A stretch of 64,000 nucleotides of DNA from Candidatus Saccharimonadales bacterium (GTDB lineage Bacteria > Patescibacteriota > Saccharimonadia > Saccharimonadales > SZUA-47): contig JBGSRU010000005.1 of NCBI GenBank assembly GCA_041737385.1, forward strand, positions 128 through 64,127, read 5' to 3'. The stretch's first letter is position 1. Each line of letters starts with the position of its first letter. The notes below the pieces were generated by a model. That model had not been told where the DNA came from and did no database searches. It saw nothing but the letters and a program-made list of their open reading frames with translations. The position numbers and the translations under genes were made by a program. Shown here in pieces: positions 8,969-19,511 of the stretch.

Positions 8969-9541
8969 TTATACTTTCATCGGTTTAATATCTTTTAGCA
9001 TAGGGTGGCTTTTATCGCGGTCTGACATGGTGCTGTCTTCAAGTGGAATTGGCCAGTTGATCGAAAGATCCGGATCTGCAATATTCACAAAGCAGTACTC
9101 ATCGTAATTGTCTGATCTCCAATGGTCACTCGTGCTATATACATAGTAGGTATCATCTTCTAGTACCTGAAAGGAGTTTGCTATGCCTTTGGGTAGGTAT
9201 ACAGCAGAGGTGTTGGTTAGAGTTGCAGTAAATACCGTACCAAACGTGGGTCCTTCGCGTAAATCTACGTAAGCGACATATGCGCTTCCTTTCATAACTG
9301 AAATATACTTTTCCCACGGTTCAGCGTGCAAACCACGTACGACACCTCGCTCTTTGTTATATGAAACATTATTCTGAACGATTTTAAAGTCAGCAGGCAG
9401 TCCAGCTTTAACAAGCTTCTCTTGCTGGAATTTTTCTTGAAACCAACCACGTTCGTCACTAGGGTATTCAATATCAAAAAGCAACAATCCGGGGATTGGA
9501 GTCTCACGTGCTGTGAAAGTTGTAGTTGGAACGCTCGCCAT
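8969..9541 (-). CDS. rfbC: dTDP-4-dehydrorhamnose 3,5-epimerase (RmlC)
   Basis: RGWFQE and VVRGLHAEPW motifs, cupin length. Abuts rfbD. Confidence 0.88.
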   Translation of the reverse strand: MASVPTTTFTARETPIPGLLLFDIEYPSDERGWFQEKFQQEKLVKAGLPADFKIVQNNVSYNKERGVVRGLHAEPWEKYISVMKGSAYVAYVDLREGPTFGTVFTATLTNTSAVYLPKGIANSFQVLEDDTYYVYSTSDHWRSDNYDEYCFVNIADPDLSINWPIPLEDSTMSDRDKSHPMLKDIKPMKV

Positions 9542-9671
9542 TAGCTACCAGTATAGCTTAACGACCGAGGTTTTTATACTTCGCTACTATGAGACACCTG
9601 CAGGCAGGTTTCTATCGCGCCAGACTTGGAATAAATCCAAGAGTGGACTGCTCTTCCCACACAAGGAAAGA

Positions 9672-10679
<1,008 letters not shown>

Positions 10680-10759
10680 CTACTACTTTAAAGAGTTGCG
10701 TTACTATTGTTAAATTCTATTTCCACTAACTGAGTTGAAAATACAACAATTGGCTTAAC

Positions 10760-12109
10760 CTATGCTGCTGCTAATAGCTCAACTACCTTACTGCGAATTA
10801 TGGCAAGTTCTTCTTCATTGTCAGCTTCTACGTTTAAGCGGAGAAGCGGTTCAGTGTTGCTAGGGCGGACGTTAAACCAACCAGTATCAAGGAATACGGT
10901 TAATCCATCTAGCTCATCTTGTTTGTTGTCTTTATAGATATCTTTCAGGCTGTCCATAGTTGCTTGTTTATCTGAAACCTCAAAATTGGTTTCTGTCGCT
11001 TGTGCGTATGCTTCGCGGTGTGGACGAGCTAGCTCGCTTAATGATTTGCCTGAGGCGCTGAGTATTGATAGCCCTATGACTGCAGCTATGAGACCAGAAT
11101 CAGCGTAAAAGTTATCCTTAAAGTAGTAGTGGCCACTGTGTTCTCCAGCAAAAATAGCTTGGTGGGTTCGCATGTCGGCTTTAATAAAACTATGTCCGAC
11201 TTTCGTTCGGATTGAAGTACCGCCGCTTTTTTCGACTGCATCGTGTGCGGCTTTACCACATATAGCGTTGCATAGAATTGTTGCACCTGGTGATTTGGCT
11301 AGAAAGTATTCTGCCAGTAGTGCGGTCATGATTGTGCCGGATAGTGGTTCGCCGGTTTCGTCGAGCAGCACTGCGCGGTCACCGTCACCGTCAAATGCGA
11401 CACCTGCATCGTAGTGAGTCGTGTTCATCTCTTTTTGTAGATCAACCAAGTTCTCTGGTACCAACGGATTGGCGATATGGTTAGGGAAGGTGCCGTCAGG
11501 CGTGAAATACATTTCTTTTACCTCAAAAGGTACAAATGGTTCGAGCTCTGGAAAAATCGCACCAGCCATACCATTACCAGCGTCCACAGCAATCTTTAAA
11601 GGCTTTAATGCCTTTACATCAACGAAGGACAATACGTGCGTTATCCAATCCTCTACAACGTTTTTCTGCTGAATAGTTCCTTTTGTGTCAGCTGCCGTAA
11701 ACTGGTTATCAACGCACGCTTGTTTGATTTCCAAGAGTCCAGATTCAATACCAATAGGCTTCGCTTCTTCTCGGCACATTTTAATACCATTGTATTCGCC
11801 TGGGTTATGACTGGCGGTAATCATAGCGCCTCCTGCAAGCTCGTGCTTGCCAACTGCAAAGTAAATCATATCTGACGTCACTTGACCAATGTTAATTACA
11901 TCTCTCCCTTGAAGTAGCAAGCCTTCAATCAACGCGTTTGCGAGCTCTACTGAGTCAGGGCGCATGTCATATCCAACCGCAACAGGTCCATCAACGGGCA
12001 GCCAGTCACCTAGTGCCCTACCTATAAGATGCGCAACTTCATTAGTGAGATCAACCCCAACCCTACCCCGAACATCATAAGCTAAAAATATAGAATCAAG
12101 TGATGACAT
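10760..12109 (-). CDS. phosphoglucomutase/phosphomannomutase family protein
   Basis: Active-site loop TASHNPGEYNGIK, metal loop FDGDGDR, and GEHSGH. Confidence 0.9.
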   Translation of the reverse strand: MSSLDSIFLAYDVRGRVGVDLTNEVAHLIGRALGDWLPVDGPVAVGYDMRPDSVELANALIEGLLLQGRDVINIGQVTSDMIYFAVGKHELAGGAMITASHNPGEYNGIKMCREEAKPIGIESGLLEIKQACVDNQFTAADTKGTIQQKNVVEDWITHVLSFVDVKALKPLKIAVDAGNGMAGAIFPELEPFVPFEVKEMYFTPDGTFPNHIANPLVPENLVDLQKEMNTTHYDAGVAFDGDGDRAVLLDETGEPLSGTIMTALLAEYFLAKSPGATILCNAICGKAAHDAVEKSGGTSIRTKVGHSFIKADMRTHQAIFAGEHSGHYYFKDNFYADSGLIAAVIGLSILSASGKSLSELARPHREAYAQATETNFEVSDKQATMDSLKDIYKDNKQDELDGLTVFLDTGWFNVRPSNTEPLLRLNVEADNEEELAIIRSKVVELLAAA

Positions 12110-12168
12110 GAAAAACTCCTGTTTAGTTTCAGTATTTAGTATAACGTGAAATCTGATAACATGTAGGA

Positions 12169-12621
12169 ATGAAAAGAGTAATAGTTAGCGGATATTTTAA
12201 CCCATTACACGGTGGACATCTGGATATGATAGAAGCAGCCAGACTGTACGGAGACTATCTTATAGTGGTTATTAACAATGATAAAGCCCAGATGATCAAA
12301 AAAGGTAAAGTAATTTTAGATGAGAAAAACCGGATGCGTTTAATGCGCTCATTACGACTTGTCGATGAGGTAGTTTTATCAATTGATGAAGATTTAGGAC
12401 AAGCGAGAACATTACGTGAAATTCGTGGAATGTATCCAAATGATGAGCTTATTTTCTGTAATGGTGGTGATAGGGACCCGAATAAGCACGCGTTACCCGA
12501 AACAGAGACTCAAGCCTGTATTGACTGTAAAATAGTAACAGTATTTGGAGTTGGGAGTCATGAGGTTGAAAAGCGTGACTCTTCCTCCCGCATAAACCAA
12601 GAAACCGGCCACGAGGACTAA
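12169..12621 (+). CDS. cytidylyltransferase-like nucleotidyltransferase (HxGH family)
   Basis: VSGYFNPLHGGHLDMI is an (H/T)xGH motif. 150 aa. Confidence 0.7.
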   Translation: MKRVIVSGYFNPLHGGHLDMIEAARLYGDYLIVVINNDKAQMIKKGKVILDEKNRMRLMRSLRLVDEVVLSIDEDLGQARTLREIRGMYPNDELIFCNGGDRDPNKHALPETETQACIDCKIVTVFGVGSHEVEKRDSSSRINQETGHED

Positions 12622-12624
12622 AGA

Positions 12625-14448
12625 CTATTCAACTGTAACTGATTTAGCTAGGTTGCGCGGTTTGTCGATGTCACGCTCAAGATTTTTTGCCGCGTAATAG
12701 GCAAAAAGAAATGCCGGCAAGACGCCGATTATTGGCTGAAGTGGTTCAGGAACTTTTGGCACGACGATGATGTCATCTGCAATTTTGGCGGCTTCTGAGT
12801 TTTCATCATCGACTACAGCGATTATTTTGCCACCCCGAGTGCTGATCTCTTGCATGTTCGATGCTGATTTCTCAGCGATATCGCTGCTCATCGCAAAAGC
12901 AAAGGTCGGGAATGATTCATCTATTAGGGCAAGCGGACCGTGTTTCATTTCTCCCCCTGCGAAGCCCTCTGCGTGGATATAGCTGATTTCTTTCAGCTTG
13001 AGCGCGCCTTCAAGTGCAAGCGGGAAGCTATAACGACGACCGATATAGAGGAAGTCTCTATACTCACTGTATTTCTCGGCAAGTTTTTTGATTTTGTCAC
13101 TACTCCTTAGAACTGCTTCCATTTTCTGTGGTAGTGCGTCAAGCTCATCTATCAATGATTCGTAGTGTGGGTATGTTTTGGACAAATAAAGTGAAATCAA
13201 CAGTAATATGGTCGTCTGCGATACAAAGGCTTTGGTGCTGGCAACGGCTTTTTCTGGGCCTGCGTGACAGTAGACACCGGCATCCGTCATGCGAGCGAGG
13301 GTAGAGCCGGGTGCATTGACAATACCGAGCGTCAGGATGCCACTACCTTTGAGCTTCTTAAGCGCGGCAATCGTGTCAGCTGTTTCTCCAGACTGAGAAA
13401 TAACCAAGACAGCGGTACTACGGCTCAGTGGCTCGTTACGGTAACGGAACTCACTCGCTTGCTGTACTTCTACAGGGATACCAGCGATTTCTTCTAGCAA
13501 ATATTCGCCGACAAGTCCGGCATAATAACTTGTGCCGCAAGCGATGATAACAATGCGCTCTATAAAGCGCAGTTGGTCTTCTACGAGCTCTAAACCACCG
13601 AGTTTGATGAGTTTCTCCTCAACACGCAGCCGTCCAAGCATAGACGCTCTAACCGTTGCTGGTGTTTGAGCTATTTCTTTGCTCATGAAGTCTTCATGGC
13701 CATCGAGGCCACTGTCAGCTTCTTCGACTTCAATCGCTTCGGTGGCGCGTTCAATTGCTTTTTTTGTCTCTATGTCATGTATTTTGTAGCCATCTTGGGT
13801 GAGAATTGCCATCTCGCCGTCTTCTAGGAACACGACATCTTGCGTCGTACTCGCTATTGGCAAGGCGTCTGATCCAAGTAATATTTCGTCGTCAGCTACA
13901 CCTATAGCGAGCGGACTTGAAAGCTTCGCTGCGTATAGTTTCTCTGGTTCATGAGTCGTTACCATGGCAAGCGCATATGCACCACGGAGCATGAGTAGGG
14001 CGGTCTGGAATGCAGCAGTTACGTTTTTGGTTTTGCCGTAGTGATATGCGATAAGGTTTGGTACAACCTCAGTGTCAGTGTCTGAGTAAAAAGTATAGCC
14101 TTGGTTTTCTAAGAATAAACGAAGCGCTTCGTAGTTTTCAATAATTCCGTTATGGACTACATAGAATTCTTCACTCTGGTCCCAGTGTGGGTGTGCGTTT
14201 TTATGAATGACGCCACCGTGAGTTGCCCAACGAGTATGACCGATGCCTAGACTTCCGACGTGAGGATTTGAGCCCTCTTCTTTACGTAATTGCTCGACTC
14301 GACCGACTACCTTGGTCGCTCTAATTGCATTGCCTTCGAGCGTTGCGATGCCAGCTGAATCGTAGCCACGATATTCTAAGGTTTCGAGTCCATCAATCAA
14401 GTATTCTTTTGCGCTTTTTCTGCCTACGTATCCAACAATTCCGCACAT
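12625..14448 (-). CDS. glmS: glutamine--fructose-6-phosphate aminotransferase
   Basis: MCGIVGYVG N-terminal nucleophile, two SIS domains, and C-terminal NLAKSVTVE. Confidence 0.97.
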   Translation of the reverse strand: MCGIVGYVGRKSAKEYLIDGLETLEYRGYDSAGIATLEGNAIRATKVVGRVEQLRKEEGSNPHVGSLGIGHTRWATHGGVIHKNAHPHWDQSEEFYVVHNGIIENYEALRLFLENQGYTFYSDTDTEVVPNLIAYHYGKTKNVTAAFQTALLMLRGAYALAMVTTHEPEKLYAAKLSSPLAIGVADDEILLGSDALPIASTTQDVVFLEDGEMAILTQDGYKIHDIETKKAIERATEAIEVEEADSGLDGHEDFMSKEIAQTPATVRASMLGRLRVEEKLIKLGGLELVEDQLRFIERIVIIACGTSYYAGLVGEYLLEEIAGIPVEVQQASEFRYRNEPLSRSTAVLVISQSGETADTIAALKKLKGSGILTLGIVNAPGSTLARMTDAGVYCHAGPEKAVASTKAFVSQTTILLLISLYLSKTYPHYESLIDELDALPQKMEAVLRSSDKIKKLAEKYSEYRDFLYIGRRYSFPLALEGALKLKEISYIHAEGFAGGEMKHGPLALIDESFPTFAFAMSSDIAEKSASNMQEISTRGGKIIAVVDDENSEAAKIADDIIVVPKVPEPLQPIIGVLPAFLFAYYAAKNLERDIDKPRNLAKSVTVE

Positions 14449-14585
14449 AAGTAATTACATCCTTTTTTAGTTGCAGAGGAGAGTATGCGCTGTTCGAGTA
14501 GATTTTAAAATGTTTAATTTACATCAATTGGTAGAAATATCTATATCTTATAGAGGTAGAAAACTGGAAAATGAGCGGCATTTGT

Positions 14586-15725
14586 TTATACAAATTTTAC
14601 AACGATATCATGAACCGATTCTCTAAATGCTTCAGCGGAGAATTTCTCAGCATTTTCTATAACGGTAGCGCGGTTGTAGAGCTTGTAGTTGAAAGACTTA
14701 ATGGCATCCGCCAGGCAAGCGACCGTCTGCTTGTCAAAGAACTCTCCAGTCTCACCCTCGATGACCGTATCGAGCGATCCACCAGCACGGTAGGCAATAA
14801 CTGGTATGCCGGCTGCTTGAGCTTCAACCGCAACAATACCGAAATCTTCTTCGTTGGGGAAGATAAATGCTTCAGCGCGAGAGATATGCCGTACCATCTC
14901 ATCATCTGAGACATTTGTTTTGAAGGTAATAGTCGGTCCCGCCATGCGCTTTAGTCGTTCGTGTTCTGGGCCATTACCGATAACCATGAGTTGAGATCTT
15001 GTTTCGTTGCAGGCTTGAATTGCGAGATCGAAGCGCTTGTGCTGAACCTGCCGGCCGAAAATGACAAAACCCTTTCTCTCCTGCCGACCATCGTTACTAA
15101 ATCTGCCAATGTCAGCCGGGGGATAGAGTAATTCACTTTCTCGGCCATAAAACTTTTTAATTCGACCTTGAACGGCGGTAGATATCGCGTACATGTGATC
15201 TGGCCGTTTACTGGCCATAAGGTCCCAGCGTTTTGCATAAGGAAGCAGTAGTCTGAGCCCAAGTCGCCAGATAGGGTTGAGCCCCCCTGAGCCATCTTTT
15301 TGTAAATATTCATCTGACTTTATCCAGTAGTAGAGCGTCGGCGTGTTGCACATGTTGATATGGACACCGTCTGGTGCGCGAACTGCTTTGGCCTCTGCGC
15401 CTGAGTTGGAGATAACAATATCGTAGCCCTTTAATTTCAGATTGCCGAAATACCACTGTCTTGGCAGGGTTAAAAGCTGGTGTTTTCTTAGGAACTTAGG
15501 GAGGTTTTGAAACCAAGCGGTTCTTACATCAGCGTTTTTAAACAGGGGCATCGCGGACGGCTCGTAAGTTGACGTATAGATGGGTGCATCAGGAAACATT
15601 CGGTGTAATTCTAAAATAACTCGTTCAGCTCCGGCCATGTTGGTGAGCCAGTCTGAGACTATAGCGATTTTTAAATCGCTATAGTCTAGAGTTGAGGAAA
15701 GAGAGTTGAGGTTTGAGGTTTTCAT
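14586..15725 (-). CDS. glycosyltransferase family 4 (GT-B)
   Basis: C-terminal EDFGIVAVEAQAAGIPVIA is an E(x7)E-type motif. Confidence 0.85.
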   Translation of the reverse strand: MKTSNLNSLSSTLDYSDLKIAIVSDWLTNMAGAERVILELHRMFPDAPIYTSTYEPSAMPLFKNADVRTAWFQNLPKFLRKHQLLTLPRQWYFGNLKLKGYDIVISNSGAEAKAVRAPDGVHINMCNTPTLYYWIKSDEYLQKDGSGGLNPIWRLGLRLLLPYAKRWDLMASKRPDHMYAISTAVQGRIKKFYGRESELLYPPADIGRFSNDGRQERKGFVIFGRQVQHKRFDLAIQACNETRSQLMVIGNGPEHERLKRMAGPTITFKTNVSDDEMVRHISRAEAFIFPNEEDFGIVAVEAQAAGIPVIAYRAGGSLDTVIEGETGEFFDKQTVACLADAIKSFNYKLYNRATVIENAEKFSAEAFRESVHDIVVKFV

Positions 15726-16084
15726 GTCCTTAAAACTTTCATAAGTGCATTTAATTGTTTTTGTATAGACTCTACGCTTTTTATTAAAGCTTCAGTATCA
15801 TCATTTGTACAGAACTCTAAGGCAACCGACAAATATAAGAAGCTTTTTGTCTCAAGAAGCGAACCATATGCAATCGTGTAGAAATGGTGCTTGTCTTTTT
15901 TCGAATATCTACCATATCCTTCAGCAAAATTAGCGCTTACTGAATTTACGGATCGTTTTATCTGTGCAGTTAAGCCGAACTGTTCATTATTTGGAAATGA
16001 CTTTACTAGTAAATATACGTTTTTAGATAGAGCTAATGAATCTTTCCATATCTCAGCATCCTCAAACCTCATAATTGCAGCCAT
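15722..16084 (-). CDS. four-helix-bundle protein (23S rRNA intervening-sequence / Avd-like family)
   Basis: The pattern FRFEDxEIW..A, FP..E...L..Q..RS..S...NIAEG resembles TIGR02436-type proteins. It overlaps the GT4 start by 4 nt. Confidence 0.7.
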   Translation of the reverse strand: MAAIMRFEDAEIWKDSLALSKNVYLLVKSFPNNEQFGLTAQIKRSVNSVSANFAEGYGRYSKKDKHHFYTIAYGSLLETKSFLYLSVALEFCTNDDTEALIKSVESIQKQLNALMKVLRT

Positions 16085-16114
16085 TCTTGCTCCTCAAAAA
16101 TCATTCCTTATGCC

Positions 16115-17551
16115 TCACTTAGCGCCGACGCGCCGCAGTACTATGACGATTGTCTTTGCTAAGATGACGAGATCCATCCAGAAACTCCAGTTCTGGGCAT
16201 AGTACATATCAAGTTTGCGTCGTTCATCGAAACTAATATTGCGTCTACCTGATACAACAGCAAGCCCTGTTAAGCCCGGCTTAACGCTTAATATGACGCT
16301 TCGTTTAGAAAATTGCTTCATTTCTTCGGGGACGAGCGGTCTCGGTCCTACTAAACTAATATCGCCTCTTATAACGTTGAACAGTTGCGGAAGCTCATCA
16401 AGACTGGTCCTTCGTAAGAATTCTCCAAACCGGCTGATACGAGGGTCATTGTCTATAAAATCACCGTTTGCGCGGTACTCTGTCGCAAGCGACGGATTGC
16501 CCATTTTTTCAAAAGCTTGTTCGGGGCTAAGTCGGTGGTAGGTGTGTTTATGGGTTCTGAATTTGAAGAGTCCAATTTTGTTCTGAAATCGTGATACACG
16601 ATACTGTCTGTATACCACGTCTCCTCCGTCGAAGATGCGTAAATATGCCCAGATCAGTCCCATGATAGGAAGGGATACTACGATAAAAAGACAGCCAGCG
16701 GCTATGTCAAATAGACGTTTAGCAATCCGCCCCCAACCGACAAGAGCGGTTTGGTGCACTGCAACTGTTGGAATGCCCTCAAACAAGCTAACATCGATGT
16801 TTCCAACGAAGAGACGACTGTTGCCGGGCACAAAACGATAGGCTATATGACGTTCTTGTGCGAACGCGAGGATTTCATCGTTGCGTTCTTGGTTGGCGAA
16901 CAGCTCAGTCTGCACAATGCTGTGAATGTTTGCTGCATCAATCTTCTTCGCAGCTTCAGCAAAATTACTAAACTGTATACTATCGTCAACATTTTCATAG
17001 ACTTTTCTCATATCGCCAATCACTGCGATGACTTTATAGCCGAGGTGCGGGTGCATAAGTGTCCCTGCGAGCTCATCAGTGATGTCAGTAGCGCCAACAA
17101 GCATGACGTTGTTGATACCTATGCCGTAGCGGAACAATAGTCGTTTTATGGCTCGGGCAACAGTGCGGAACAGAAGTGTAAGCAAAAATGCGAATATGAA
17201 CCCATATGCGGTGACGAGTCGAGCAGGGAAAACGGCTCGGTTTAAGATGTACTCACAACCGATCAAAAACAAAATACCTATAAAAGATCCCACCAACAAC
17301 ATAGAAAACTCTCTAAATCGGTTTTCGTAAACGTATGAACGGTAGAGTCCGAGAAGAGCATATATAATCAACCAAAATACAAGTAGTGCTGCAACAACAC
17401 CTATGTAACCAATTGCAGAAATTGGTTCCAGAACCGGCTTCTCTGCGAGCTTAACTCGAACAATGTAGGCAAGAGTAAATGCGAGAACAAGTCCAAAGAA
17501 ATCACTTATTATCAAAATAAAACTATATAGAATATTTATTGAGTGCTTCAT
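16115..17551 (-). CDS. polyprenyl-phosphate glycosyl-1-phosphate transferase (WbaP/exopolysaccharide sugar transferase family)
   Basis: Multiple N-terminal TM segments. The C-terminal bacterial sugar transferase domain shows DELPQLFNVIRGDISLVGPRP. The likely start is the ATG at 17551 (MKHSINIL). Confidence 0.85.
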   Translation of the reverse strand: MKHSINILYSFILIISDFFGLVLAFTLAYIVRVKLAEKPVLEPISAIGYIGVVAALLVFWLIIYALLGLYRSYVYENRFREFSMLLVGSFIGILFLIGCEYILNRAVFPARLVTAYGFIFAFLLTLLFRTVARAIKRLLFRYGIGINNVMLVGATDITDELAGTLMHPHLGYKVIAVIGDMRKVYENVDDSIQFSNFAEAAKKIDAANIHSIVQTELFANQERNDEILAFAQERHIAYRFVPGNSRLFVGNIDVSLFEGIPTVAVHQTALVGWGRIAKRLFDIAAGCLFIVVSLPIMGLIWAYLRIFDGGDVVYRQYRVSRFQNKIGLFKFRTHKHTYHRLSPEQAFEKMGNPSLATEYRANGDFIDNDPRISRFGEFLRRTSLDELPQLFNVIRGDISLVGPRPLVPEEMKQFSKRSVILSVKPGLTGLAVVSGRRNISFDERRKLDMYYAQNWSFWMDLVILAKTIVIVLRRVGAK

Positions 17552-17597
17552 CTTAACTTTGATTGTATCACCGATGTAGCAAGAAATCCTGGGTATT

Positions 17598-18365
17598 CTA
17601 TTTTTTGACGGCGACAATAGTGAACGCTTCTGAATATTGAGTAGGAAAAAACGGATGGATAATTAACTGCGATAGACGCCACAAAAAATGCATTGGAAAG
17701 AAAAAACTAAAGTATGAAACAAAATAGTATGGTTTAAGCAGCTCAATTTCTAAATCATTTTCTATACATAAATTTGTGATACTTTTTGGGGTGCATTTAT
17801 CGTAATACGCAGGAAAGCCTTGTGCGTGTTGAGTTTCAGGGAAAATTTTATACAAAACTAACTTCTTTAGATTTTCTGGTAAAAGTTTGTTCAGATGGGC
17901 GAAAATACTGTTTCTACAAGGGATAAATAATGCAGCTTTTCCGCCTTTTTTGAGTGATTTTGATATAGCGTTTATTGCGCTTGGAGTGTCTTTTACGTGT
18001 TCTAAAACTGCTTTGCATATAACTAAATTTGCTTCTGGTTTTTTAGGGTTAAATCCAGCGATATCAGAGACAACTACTTTATCGTAAGAATTTGGCGGTG
18101 CTTGAGCTAGCTCGGACTCATCAATGTCTATGCCAACTGTTTTAAGGTTTAGTTGGCTTTTTTGACTTGCAGTAATGAATGGTATTTTTCCACCACCTAC
18201 ATCGTAAATTGTGTAGTTTATCTGAGGTAGGTTTGGTGCTATTTTGGTCTCAAAATCGGATAGTCCATCAATAGAGAATTTCTTGGTTAAAAAAACTCTG
18301 TCGAACCAATAACTAATATCTTGATTAAATTTTATAAATTTATTCTTACTCACTCTACAAACCAA
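17598..18365 (-). CDS. class I SAM-dependent methyltransferase
   Basis: IYDVGGG (motif I) and LKKGGKAALFIP (post-II/III). The start is ambiguous: TTG at 18365 or GTG at 18353. Confidence 0.65.
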   Translation of the reverse strand: MVCRVSKNKFIKFNQDISYWFDRVFLTKKFSIDGLSDFETKIAPNLPQINYTIYDVGGGKIPFITASQKSQLNLKTVGIDIDESELAQAPPNSYDKVVVSDIAGFNPKKPEANLVICKAVLEHVKDTPSAINAISKSLKKGGKAALFIPCRNSIFAHLNKLLPENLKKLVLYKIFPETQHAQGFPAYYDKCTPKSITNLCIENDLEIELLKPYYFVSYFSFFFPMHFLWRLSQLIIHPFFPTQYSEAFTIVAVKK

Positions 18366-18469
18366 TATAACATCGTTTTGTGCATTCTCTATGTGTAAAT
18401 CACCTATTAATTGCTATTTATTTCGTAGTAATTTACTATAAAAGCATAAACAAAATACGTACAAATATT

Positions 18470-18925
18470 ATGACCAAGAAAACGACTAAAAAGAAAAACT
18501 CAAAGACCAAAAAGCTGATTATCCAGTTTGGTGAATACATGTTCACTGGTGGTGTCTGGTTTTGGAGTGGTTACATCCTCATTGTGTTACTTGATGATCA
18601 TATTGGGTTATTCGCAGCTAACCTCGTCGGTAATAGTGTCGGATTGACGCTTAATTTTATATTAGAACGATATTGGGTGTTTCGTACAAAGAAGTCGGCT
18701 AAACTGGGCGTGATCGCCAAGCGTTATGTGATCTATACAGTTTTGAATGCATTCTTGTTGAACTATTTTATATTACTTGGACTTCGAGATTATGCGGGCA
18801 TAAAACCAGAAATCGGGCAGTTTATAGCTAGTGGGTTCTTCACGGTGTGGAATTATTTTTGGTATAAGCTGTGGGTATTTAAAGATAACGACAAAAAACC
18901 AAGGAGGACGCGACATTATGCGTAG
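18470..18925 (+). CDS. GtrA-family membrane protein
   Basis: Four TM segments. F..Y.FTGGV N-terminal and RYWVF motifs. Start chosen at the ATG at 18470. Confidence 0.7.
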   Translation: MTKKTTKKKNSKTKKLIIQFGEYMFTGGVWFWSGYILIVLLDDHIGLFAANLVGNSVGLTLNFILERYWVFRTKKSAKLGVIAKRYVIYTVLNAFLLNYFILLGLRDYAGIKPEIGQFIASGFFTVWNYFWYKLWVFKDNDKKPRRTRHYA

Positions 18926-19018
18926 AGCTACACGAATAAATGATAAAAAATATTTGATAATTGATAAGGAAAAGGTAACAACAGATAACAGCAGTAACTA
19001 TTCAAGGAGAGAAGTGTA

Positions 19019-19432
19019 ATGACTACTCGTCCGACCAAAAAACAACACGAGTTACTGGCTTATCTACGTGAATTTATCGCTGAACATGGCTATTCGCCAA
19101 GTTACCGTGAGATTATGAAGGGCTGCAACTATACGTCTGTCGCAACTGTTGCTTTACATGTTAAGAATCTGATAGCGAGAGGCCATGTAGTAAAGCGAGA
19201 TAAATCTGCACGATCGCTTGAAGTTGTGAAAGGTATTGAAGAAAGTGCAACTGCTAAAAGCAACCACAAACATGAACTCGTCAAAGAGATTGAAGCTCGT
19301 TTCTCTGCATTGGAAAAGACGCTAGAACAAGACGTGTTGGACGAGATTTATGTGCTTGTTGGTGCGCTGAAAATTCTCGGTCACCGAGAAATTGCTCTGG
19401 TCTATATTGGTAAGATTAACGCGTTAACTTAA
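19019..19432 (+). CDS. LexA-type winged-helix DNA-binding protein without S24 peptidase domain
   Basis: LT.KQ.ELL.YL..FI.EHGYSPSYREI is typical of the LexA N-terminal domain. The C-terminal 70 aa are helical with no Ser/Lys peptidase motifs. Confidence 0.6.
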   Translation: MTTRPTKKQHELLAYLREFIAEHGYSPSYREIMKGCNYTSVATVALHVKNLIARGHVVKRDKSARSLEVVKGIEESATAKSNHKHELVKEIEARFSALEKTLEQDVLDEIYVLVGALKILGHREIALVYIGKINALT

Positions 19433-19478
19433 AACATTTAACAGAAAGCAGACTAAAGTTTTAGCTTAAGAAGTAAGA

Positions 19479-19487
19479 TGGTATAAT
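19479..19487 (+). promoter_or_regulatory. extended -10 (TGgTATAAT) upstream of the giant gene
   Basis: gatggtataatcac. An AGAGGA SD sits 5 nt before the ATG at 19512. Confidence 0.4.
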
Positions 19488-19511
19488 CACTCTATAGAAA
19501 TAAGAGGATAG

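Noticed and set aside
9542-9671. The 130-bp gap between rfbB and rfbC, containing a hairpin (aagag/ctctt), considered as a possible regulatory RNA.
   Set aside because: It is more simply explained as an internal terminator or attenuator plus a TATACT promoter for rfbC. No conserved riboswitch motif was recognised.
14449-14585. Possible glmS ribozyme in the glmS 5' leader.
   Set aside because: The 137-nt leader is AT-rich. It contains none of the conserved glmS ribozyme core segments I remember and has only a plain AAGGA SD.
18831-19019. 62-aa ORF overlapping the GtrA gene's 3' end.
   Set aside because: It has no motif, it overlaps a supported CDS, and it is probably spurious.
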